DNA from: Paragordius varius
Lineage: Eukaryota; Animalia; Nematomorpha
Length of the DNA: 64,000 bases
Direction: 5' to 3'
Assembly: GCA_964247055.1 (NCBI GenBank)
Contig: OZ176053.1
Span: forward strand, 11,222,001-11,286,000
The position numbers were made by a program, and so were the translations under genes. Numbering within the stretch: position 1 is the stretch's first letter; each line of letters opens with the position of its first letter. The notes beneath the pieces were generated by a model. The model saw nothing but the letters and a program-made list of their open reading frames with translations. It was not told the DNA's origin and did not search any database. This document shows, one piece after another, positions 1-12,000 of this stretch.

Positions 1-3000
1 TTTGATATGCTTCCTGCATTTTAATACGTTCAAAATCAAATTGCCCAAGAATCTTATGATCAGGGTATTCTTTCGTGTTAAAATCGACATGTAGGTCTAC
101 GTGGGAATTCAGTTGTCTAATCGAGTCTTCATCATCATCATAGGGATTATGTCCTTGGGCATTTGCGTAGTTTTGAGATCGTTGTGCGCTCTGAGCCTCA
201 TTGTCCCGTTCTATGTGTATTTTGACGATAGCGTTCCCATTAACCTTTTCGTCTTCAGACGAATCATATTTTACGTCTATATGTAAATTTTGATCAGCTA
301 TAGAACCATGATTTGATGAATCATTTCTCACAGACACAGTGATATTCGACCATTTTGCATCATCGTTTGTTGAGTAATGGCCATGAAATTGATAATTTTT
401 AAGCCCATTTCCCAAACTGCCGTCATGATCGGCTAAAATAAGAAAATAAAATGGACCCCATTAAAACAATTCCTTAGAATATATTGCTAAATAAAATAAT
501 TTAATTACTTGTTTTTAACTTCATATTACATAGTTAAAAGAAGTATAAAATAACCTGTGTCTAATTGAGAAGATATATCAATCTCATGATTTAGTGCTGG
601 GAATTGCGTTGATTCCATTTCGGATTTATACCTCATATTATGTGCAACTCTCTTTCGATCATATTGCATATATTTCTTAATAAACAACCTAATATATTTA
701 AATATTTATTTATAAATGGAAGAAGGCGTGATGGTATAGTAGGTAGGGCGCGAGACTCTTGCACTGCGTGCCAGAGTTTGAACCCCGAAACTACGCAATT
801 TTTCCATCATCACTGTCAGACCTGGGCAGACGAGTGTTTGTTTAAGCTTTCACAACTCCGGGTACAATTTAAGTCCCTACATATATTAAAGGAAAAAAGA
901 GATTTTAAACTGTATATTATTTTGGTTTATAAATGGAAACCTTATAAAACTCAAAGTAAGAATCATATTGTAGAAATAAGTGTATTTGATAATAGAGTTT
1001 AAACTTTAAACCACAAAACGGAAATTTTTTCAAAAAATATTTAGAATTCCAAAAGACGTAAAACAGTTTTCTTGCATAAAATTTAAGGAGGATTAGATTA
1101 GATTATGCATAACGTTATGATTATTCTAGATTTGTTTATACAGTGTTTGATTTTTCTAAAAAAATAAGCAATTTAATATTGTATTCATCGAAAAAGCTAT
1201 ACTATTGATTCCGTCCTAAAATATGGCAAACGTGATCCTAGTAAAACAATTTGCATTCAGAGCAAACTAAATTATAATTATTTTGTGGCTTTTCGATATA
1301 TTTTAGTGATATTTTTTGCTGCAATCGGAACAGAATTACGTTCACAGGGATGTTTTTTCGGTTTTTAAAATCAACATCAATATTTAGTGGTATGTATAAT
1401 ATAAATTCTAATTTTTGGATAAATTTATAATTTAGACTGTTTAATTTGTAAACACAACACTATCGAAAGAACAAAAATAAAAATATCTCTAAAATATTGT
1501 TCATTTAAATAATAATTTTTGTTTCAATAAAATAATGTTGTTTTCGGACAATAATGCTTATCACATAATTACAACATTTTAATTTAATACTATTCTTTGC
1601 AAGAGGTTACTAATCCCAAATTTTAGTAAATAGTATGCCCCAAATTCAATACATATCAATAAAAAACTAAAAATATGGAATATGAAATTTCCAATGCCGA
1701 ATAACAATAAAGGTAAACCTTTGATTTTGTAATGTTTTTGTTGAATATTCCGTTTCGAATTTCAGGTCATAACTGGTAAGAGATTTTACGGTTGAACCCT
1801 CAAACGTTGCTTGAAAAGTGTTTGGTCTTATGATTGCACCTTTGAAAGAGCGTGAATATTGACTCAGCAGATCTAATTGAAATTAATAATAAATGTTACG
1901 GTTATATAACTCTAATTTTTAGTAAAGGTTATATTTACAAGTTTTAGCCGCAGGTCGTTTCATGAGATCGTTATCAAGGGTACTCGACATTTTAAATATG
2001 TAATGCGCTGGTGCATTTTTATTGGGATAAGTGATGTCATAAACGAAACCAATATCCTCTGTCCATGTTTCCTTATTTTCATTAATTTCGATAGCCATTT
2101 TATGATCGTAAACTTGCTGCTTACCATTAATAAATGTTAAATGAGTAGTTGTACGTTTAGGCGATTCTTCCCTATATTGACCTAATTAAATATTATATAT
2201 TTTCTTAGTTAAATATTATGTTTATGCAAAATAACATTTATAATTATTTATCCGACCGGTTATGTCCCAAATTCCTAGTTCAGACTTCAAGTCAACTTTC
2301 ATTGTCTTTTGGTCCAAATCAAATCTTCCATCCAAATCCGTTGTATGACTATTTTTAGATCCAGGTGTTTCAACGTGTACTTTAACTCTATATTTTGCCT
2401 CATCCTAAATAGCATAATTAATCAAAAGGTGTGCTCTTTAACAATAAAAGTAAATTTATTAACTACACTATGTCATAAATTTCATATAAAAGATTGGGAA
2501 CCTGTTTGGATGATTTTACACTAATTTCATAATGTTCTATGGTTGGATCAATCTTTTCAAGCGTTACGCCAGCCCCAAAGATTCCGGTTGGGAATTGGCC
2601 CTCCTTCTTGAAGGCAGATCCGGTGACTAAAGCCGATGGATATTGGTAGGACAAACATGCTTCCAAGCCAAATACCTTCTCAACTTTAGGTCCCGTACAA
2701 GCTTCGTTTGAATGCAAGCGGGTTGTGTCCAGCATTTCACCGTTCGATGCGATAGAAAATACCCGATTTCTAGTGATTATAAATTAATTTGGTTTTAACC
2801 TTAACCTATGTAAAATCAATGTGGCTTCTTTTCTAAATGAAAATGTGTGAATATTAATAAATACTTTTAGGACATGTCATAATGTTTCGTACTCACTGTA
2901 AATACGGGAATCTTAATTAAATATGTGATCAAATATTTTATAATTTTACATATCTTACCACAAACCGAAATAAAATGAGCTCAAAGGGTGCTATACCCTA

Positions 3001-6000
3001 GGATTTAAACATAGAAATTGAGGCTTTAGTTTATTAGCATCACACATACTAAACCTATGTTAATATATTTATAGCCCAATACATATAGAGTTTCATAACA
3101 TACTGTATTTGAAGGACGTCCATTTTGCGATCAGGTAACGTAAGTTTGTATTTCATACCACTTGATAAACTGTAATGCATATGGATGCCCAGCTCTGAGT
3201 TTGTGTGAATCAAAGTTGAAACTCCCACACCCGATAGACTTATGCCCATAAGAGATACCGAAGCTTGAACATACACGGCAGCGCTATTATTTTAATTACA
3301 TAATTTATTTGAATCGTAATTTTTAAAAAAATAAAATGAGAGGTTTAGTATCAACCTGGGTTTAATGGTTCCTTTCAATTGAATTTCTTGATTAAGGACC
3401 AAGTTATTCATATCGACGTATCCCATGATACCAATGTCCGTCACTGCGGCAGATTTTATAGTTATGTTTAGTGGGAACCCCAATCCGGTTGTAACTATAG
3501 CAGAATTATCTGCCAATAAAGTTGACTCCGTAAAACTTGTTTCCTGAAAATTAATGACAAAAATTATATGAAAAAATAAATTTTCTCCATAATGTTATTT
3601 TATGAAGGAAATAATTTTTTTATACCCGATATTTGGAAAACTGTTTGAGTTTCTGGAGAGCGGAAACAGGATCGGACATAATATTTTGAATATCACTACC
3701 CAAAATATCCCAAAATAAAATTTCTTTCCCACCCAACTTTAGAGATCCTAAGGCTTGAGCTTTATCGAGGTTCGGATCAGTTAATATTTTTAACATGGAG
3801 CTAATTAATTTTGAGCCCACTTCTGGCAAGCTTTCTTCCAAGCGGTTAGATCTATCATTGTTTTTCTGGCCTGCATTTTGTCTAATTTATGCAGAGTAAA
3901 TTAATTTCAATTCCAATATAAAAAATAAAATTCTCTAATATTTCAAAATAACACGATAGTGTCGCTTATACCTTTTTCTTCGTTGAATATTGTTGGACAA
4001 CTGATTTTGTTGTTGGGAAGACTGTGCAGACTGCAATTGGAGTAGGTTTAAAAGGGCATTTTGGTTTAGATTATTTTGTTGAGATGATTGGCTATTAGCT
4101 TGAGCAGCAAGGACATTTAGTTCATTGGTTAAAAGAGCTGTGGTCTCTAAATCCAAAGCAACCTAAACATAACAAAGCTCTGAAATAGTTTTACTAAATA
4201 AAAAATTATCGTTCAAGTTTTTTTCATTCATTTAATAATTGATATATTCAGGTTATTATAAATCTTACATCAATAAGGTTGTAATTGATCCCAAATACGT
4301 TAGCTTTTAATGCTAAACGGGCACTATTTATTCGGTCTTGATGGTAAAAGATGTGACCCTCACTGACGAACCCAGAATTAACTAATTCGTTGTGGAAAGA
4401 TTGTTCAAAATATTTTGAGAAGTGATGAGGATTTTCAGATTGTTGTCTATAAATTTTTAAAAATAAATAAAATCTATTTATTAAATATATGAATTAGAGT
4501 GACGAGAACGTTAGAAACATGTGTCAGAATCTATTTTTAACCTTTGGTTTCCATTATTTTTATTATTAGCATCATTTGCATCTGTATAGTAATTTGCATT
4601 GTTTAAAATTTGCTCTACGTGCGGTTCAATGGCACCCAACATATTCATTTCGCCAACCATTAATCGTAACTTTTCTTTTTGTGGGTCGGTACTTTCATTT
4701 ACATTTTTGTAAAAGGAATACACAAGAGTGGCGACTATTAGTTTATTGTGTAGATATAATTAATATAATTTTAAGTAATATTAATGGGTCTGCCTAAAAC
4801 TGTAGTTAAAATATTTGTAGTCTGTATAATATTACCGTCTCGATTGGCTTCATGTCTTAACGTTTCCCTAATCTCGTGCAAAGCCGCAGGGGTAGGGCAT
4901 TGATGAATCAATAAAAATGCACGCATTCTTATTTCGGCATCATTCCCTTGACTGAACAAATCTAGTAAATGTTTTTGGGCCTGACAAGGCATTTTTCTCA
5001 AAGATTCAACGGCTGCCACTTTTAGCTTGTGAGGAACGTATTGGTTTTGGAAGCATGTCACAACATGCGGAATTAGATTTGGAGAGAATCCTAGGTTCCC
5101 GAGTGATTTAAGTGCCGCAAAAGCCTTTTTGATAATTTTTTTTAAGTTATTATATTCAATGTCATTTATTAGTTATATATAATTATTATACGATTCTTAC
5201 TTTTTCCGCATTTCGGTCAGTGTAACTCGAACCACTGCAGGAATGCGTTAATGTTTGGGCAATATAATTGTGTAATTCCCTAGCCTCTGGGACATTTTGT
5301 AGATCTTGATAAAAAGGATTTGTTCTCGCCAGGTTATTTAGTAGGCTGGAGTATGCCAATGTAACGCTATCATCGCTTGAAAAAGCATTCATCAAAGGCT
5401 AATTAGATGAAACCGTAAAAAACGATATTTTGCGCCCAAATTAAAATCAAATATGTAATTGGAAATCAATATGTAGTTAATACAAAATTAAAATTAAAGA
5501 TAAAATTAACATAAAATACATTTAATGCATTGATCATTTCTATAGTTGGTTCAGGAATGAAAGATAGCGCAATTATCCAGTATTTAGCATGTCCTCTGGT
5601 AACAGCTCCACTTTCATATAATTTAACTATGGCTCCTATAGACTCCAAGGTTTGGGCCATAGGAACGGCATCAATGTAATGTTTGCTAAAATATTATTAC
5701 ATTGTCAAACTTTGGGTAAAAATTAAATTTAAAAATTTTGGCAGTTTATATTATCAGGTTTTATGCTTAAATATTTTCTGTTTGATTATCCAGTTTAAGT
5801 AATATAAGATCATTATGTTACACATCAATTTGTATACATGCGTTTTACTTAGCTTTACATTAATATAGTTAGGCATTTAAAATTTAATTAAAAAAAATAA
5901 TATTTATTATTTAACTTTACATTAATATAGTTAGGCATTTAAAATTTAATTAAAAAAATAATATTTATTATTTAGCCATATGAACGAATGATTGCGTCTA

Positions 6001-7698
6001 TTTAATGTAACTTAAATAGAGAAAACCTCGTATTGCTTAATATAATAGATAAATCATTCATTTATTTAGCCTATATAGTGTCCAATCTCCGATATTTAAT
6101 TGGAGCAGACTAATTTTATTTAAGTCACAATATATATATATACTAGGCTTTTTCGTGGAGGGATTCTGTGGACCATTGTGCATGTGAGTTACCATGGCTA
6201 TTTCTATTTCGATTTTTCGAATTCTCATTATTTTGTCTAAAAGAGGATCGTGATTGACTTCGGGCAGAGTCATCGGCATCCTGATTATTGTTTGGATTAC
6301 GATTTCGGTAATTATTGGACTTTTTTGCGTCTTTTGATGCCAAACTCTTTAATTCATGGTATAAATCTTGTATGGCCTGAGTTGATAAAGTGCGAACCGA
6401 TTCAACAAGTCGCAAAAATTTATGCGGGCTTTCCGGTTGAATTCCTACATCCTTGGTGTCTTGTGCCATGTCATATAATATATCTTTGGTCGGTTGAGTG
6501 TCGGATTGTTTTATCGAATACCTTTCTTCGTAAAATGATGATGATGCAGCCAAGTCAGATTCGATCACTAAAATGGGGTAAAAAATAATCTTAGCTTGAC
6601 TCTTTCACATTCTTTTACGTTAAGGAAAACGATATATTATTGTAAAATATACTTAATGATCATTTTGCTAAATAATAATTTAATCTAATCATTTTATATC
6701 ATTGTCAGAACAGCCCAATTTAATTTATGTATGCAAATATTAAAAAGTAAAAAATTAGTACTTTATAATGTTTATGCTAAATAATGAACTAGAGGGAATT
6801 AATCACTTTAAAAATATTCTTTGCCCGTATCAGTGGTAATCAAAACCAATGCCCACGGGTCGCATTAAAAGTGCTTTTTTATGACCTTGAATTGATTAAA
6901 TGAATTTATTCTCCTATTTAGAGAATAAATATCCGAAAATGTGTCAAACAATTATGAATATTTATCGGTATTATATAGTTCTCTTTGAGACAAGAAATAT
7001 ATATTTTTAGCCATTTAAAAGGCCTATTTTATGCATAATAAAACCGTGTTTGTCCTCCACAAAATAATACCAGATGAAAATATTTGACTAAATTTTGGAT
7101 AAAAAATAAAATAAGGCAATGCATCCCTGCATTTTGGGGCGTCTTTTATATAATCACATGTAATTTATAAAGTTACAATTACATTATCGATAAATTATTT
7201 ACTCGGTATATTCTGGGGTCTAGTTTGAGGTGCATCGATTGACATCCATAAATTTCGGTTGTAATAATTGCCATTTCTATTTTCATTTTTCCCATAATTT
7301 GCATTATAATTTGTGTCAAATCGTTGGTGACTAACATAATCCAAAGTTTGGTACATATCAGTTACAACCTTACCCGTTTCCTGACCCAAAACCCCGTTCA
7401 ACGTTAACTTTTCACGACATTGTGATTTGGCCAACACGTTATCGTGGCTCATGAATTGTTCACATTCTTTTTTACCCTTTAGCAATGATAGCACGTTGGC
7501 TTCTCCCTTTTAAAGGAATTATAAATAAATTAACTCTACGAGCTTTACTTTCTTAAATAATTTATTTAATATTTTGTGTTGTTTTGGTTCTCTCATTGAA
7601 AGAGATACTACAAATGATCAAAAAATTTTAATTAGTTTCATTTAATCTAATTTTTTTATTTATAACTTACATTATTAGTTGGTATCATTAATAGTAAA

Positions 7699-7739
<41 letters not shown>

Positions 7740-9033
7740 TAAAATTTAAAAAATAATATACTCCATGCGAAACGGATGGGTTATAACCAACACTTTGAGT
7801 ATCGTAACGGTCATGTGAACATTGAGATAAATCTTTAGATTTTTGAATGCGAACTTTAAACTGTCCCGTTGGTTGCTGTGCCCTATACACAGTTTGGCAT
7901 CGCCCAGTAGTATCCTCCTAAATATATATTTTTAGATTGAAATCCCTACAAACACTAAACAGTTACACATGGTAAATCAATTAACAAATTTAATGGAATA
8001 CATATACTCTTAAAAAGTATTTGTTTGAGGCAAATTTAACCTACCTCTGTTATCGTTTCTTCTCCATTTTGATCAAAACGGCTCATTGTATTTAGAAACA
8101 GATTCAGTATACCCTTCTTAATATTTACGGCTAATGGATCATCATCTGTTGCACTGCAAACTTTTCCAATTTTTCCATCATCAAAATTGAACAATATTGC
8201 GTTTCTAAGTTAAACAGATATATTCATTTATTTTATTTAATTTTACATTTATATGGTTGATATGAAACGTATTTTAGGAGGGTAAAATAAATAGTCAAAA
8301 AGCATATAACGCTTAAAAACTAAAAGAATAATCGAAAACCTTTGCAATTCTCTCTCTAATGCTTTGTTTCTATTCGCATCGCCAGAAGAGGAGCTATCAG
8401 AAAGAGGGGCAATATGTGCATTTGTTATCTAAATGGAAATATGTCATTTATTATCCAAAAATTTTGATTTTAAAATATAACCTAATGTTTTTCTTACCCA
8501 TAGTTGATATTTACATTGATCCAAGACTCTTATATCAACATCTGCCTGGATTCTATGGCCCATCATTGGGGCCGAATTGGATGCTTGATTATTTGCGTCA
8601 ATTCGAGTATCGATATTTGCATCGTATTTGTATTGATAAATGAAATTATTTTTATAACCAAACTTTTGATTTGATTCTATATGGGATATTATTTACATTG
8701 CATCAAGTATGTAACTATTTAATCCTAATTAACACAACATTGTATTTTTTCATACTATATTAGCGTAAATCATAAAATTAAGTACATACGTGAACAATAA
8801 GCATTACAGGCTGGACCTAAATACATATAAAAGTGTGAACACAAAATTTAATTTTAAAATTAAACAAATTATTTATACCTTGTTGCAAGTTATTGGCACG
8901 ATCAGTATCGTATGATCTCTTTCGTCTTCTTTTAGATTGTCCTAAATAATGTTTTAAATTTTAAAGTCAAACTAATACAATACTATCTCTAGTGTAATTT
9001 TTGTTATTACAATTCAATTTGACATTTATATAT

Positions 9034-9069
<36 letters not shown>

Positions 9070-12000
9070 ATATAAAATAATATTAGATGGAATAAGTAAT
9101 GTTTTTTATTAGATGGATCCCTAAACTTAAAAAACTAATATTAAGGTAAGTTTTTTTCGTTTTTGTATTCTACAGTCATGTTGTCTAAAATTATGTTAAA
9201 ATATAAATATAAACACTTTAAACCTAATTTAGTTAATTCAACCATAATACCAGCAGTATTTTAAACGATTTAACAAAGAATCCAAAAAGCGGGAAAGAGT
9301 TTAAGATTTTTTACGATTTTACATTTATTTAAAAATATTTTCGTAGATAGAATGCATATTTTTAAATATGTCCCAATATTAAAGATACTTCTAATAAGTC
9401 TATATTGCAAAGTGAAGGAAAAATTAGTTTAAAAAATAATGAAATGGTAAATACCGTAAGGTGCACATGTTTGTAAGCACTCTGCTTTGGTTATAAAATT
9501 ATTGCCATTTGAATGACAACCGCCATAAATGAATTGTTTGCAATCTTTAGCCATAGGATCGTAATAATATCGTGGCATATATGCTTCACATGGACCCGAA
9601 TACGGTGGCAAGTGACAAATGTCGGGTAGTTGTCTTTTTTTAAGGGACTGAATATTAAGTCCAAATATTTTATACATAAACTATTTTTGATAATACGTTA
9701 ACTACTCATATAGCATATCGGGCAAATATTTTAAATATACAAGTTTTTAAGTTGCAAAATTTTCTTTTTATAAGGTCTACATATATAGCAAAAATAAGCA
9801 CAATCATATAATTATAAATATGCCTAAATAGATTAGTTATAGAGATTAATGTTAAAGTTATCATTATAATTAAGAACATTTAATTTTTTTTGCATTACTT
9901 CAGATAAATCATCTTGATAATTGGATGAACTTTCTTGGTTTTGCTCATAACGTCTGGAATTTATATAATCGTTCTGTTCATATCCCTGGTTTTTCTCATT
10001 GTCGTATAAATCTTGATTGGAGGTGCGGTACGCAGAGCAACGAGTGTCTTATTAATGAAAATTATTTTTATATAAACCTTACGTATATACTTTTTTCTCA
10101 AATAGATAAAATAATTTTATATTTGAATTCTTAAATAGTCAAAAAAGAGTTCCCGCGTCCTTCTACTATTTCTATAATTTTTTTGATCCTTGCGTATATG
10201 ATATATATGGTTTTTAACAATAGTTTCAGTGGATCTATCAATTGTTTAAATATCTTACTTTAATCATTAAAACTACATTCGACTCTAAGGAATAGTTTGA
10301 TTAAAAAGTTCTTCCCTCGACCACATAGAGGCGTAGCTTGCATTTTTGGTGCCTGGTGCATGAATCCGTGATGGCGCCCCTCCCTTACCATGCTTTGCAT
10401 TTTAAAAAAATACTCAAATTCAAACCTTGATCATGACCACTTATGAAGAGGTAATTTTTTCTATTACAGTAAATATTGAAATTATACGGAAACGTTAAAA
10501 TATAAAGACAATTGTTTTTTTCTAAAAGAAATCATACTATTTTAACCTTAATATATCCCCTATAAAACTATTTAATTACAATTGTGAAATATAGTGATTG
10601 CGTTACCAATTATCATCTCTATTTTAAACTTTGCAGTTTAAAACAACCAGTTAGTTAAAAAAAATCCACTTTTAAAAAGTATGGGTGTCTTTTGAAAAAA
10701 AATATTTATATTTTATTTTTACATTTTGTCCGTATAATTTCAATTTTTATTGCATTCAAAATAATAACTTCTAAATACCTATTTTAAATAAAAAATTTAA
10801 ATCCGGCCCCCTTCCCCCCTCTAGCTACGCCTCTACGACCACACAAAAAATATTTTTTTACTATGCTCAAAAATTGCCAACTACTGTTTTCCATTTTAAT
10901 TAACCTATAAAGCATTAAATCCGGAATCGTTTTCTGTGAAACTATATCTGGACTCGGCATAGTTATAGAGTAAACTTTTCACACTGTTTTGGGTTTATAA
11001 ACCGGACCCGCTGTTTCAATGAGAAAAAACTCCTATTTTATCAAAATCACAATTAGATCTTTCACTGAACAAGTGGCATACAATAGTCTGTGGTTCATAA
11101 ATTTATTTTTATGCGGCCGACATTTTATCAGAAAAATAGGATATCTTCTTCTAATAATAAAAACGTTTGACCGAAAAACAATGGAATCAAACTCAATTTT
11201 TTTACTAGAGCTGGAATTTGCCAAATCGCTTTTTTAAATACATAATATGTAAAACCAAAAATTTTTTAACAAAACCGAAACCAAAAACGTTTAATCCATA
11301 ATATATATATATATATATGTTGGATTGCATTGAAAACACTTAAATTCTTGAAAAACAATTTTCACAAATTTGTGTTATTCATTCACATGTAGCAAATATT
11401 TCATATTTTGCGAAACAAGATAGCTAAATCTTGTGTTTGCGATATGGGCTACTTACCGGGTATGGGGCCTCCATACTGGAGCTCTGATTAAAAAATCTTT
11501 ACCATTAAGCTATTTTTAAAACTAGTTTTTATCACATATACGGTGAGAATTTAAGGGATTATGGTAAAATCAAAGTATGGTAATCAACAATTTCAATTTA
11601 TTTGATGGCTGAAATTTAACGTTTTTCATTTAACCACCAACTCTATATCTTTCTTTTTATGTATTTAGCCAGAGTCACCTATGGTTTTATAATTTTGTAC
11701 ATTATATGCAAAATCATGGGTGGTTATATTAATAAAAACATACATATGTAAAAAAACTGGTGTAGCCCGTATTCAAGTTTATTTTACTTGTATTAAATTA
11801 TTTGCATAACAAATATAATATAATATAATTTTTTATTGAACGATACGTTATTGAGATATCGCAAGAGCATAATATAACACTAGCAAGTTATTTTAATTAT
11901 AAAAGTAGGGATAGTCCTATAACAAATAAAATAAATAATTTTTTGTTGATTATTAAATCTAGATTTTCTATACTAAGCCAATTTATAAACTTTTTTAAGA

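Noticed and set aside
640-1002. 120-aa plus-strand ORF, and similar plus-strand ORFs at 101, 6250 and 8359
   Set aside because: Antisense to LLTP exons or AT-rich intron; no recognisable motifs.
9429-9677. Stand-alone single-Kunitz gene as suggested by the ORF track
   Set aside because: No signal peptide in the ORF; good acceptor and donor sites link it in frame to upstream and downstream exons.
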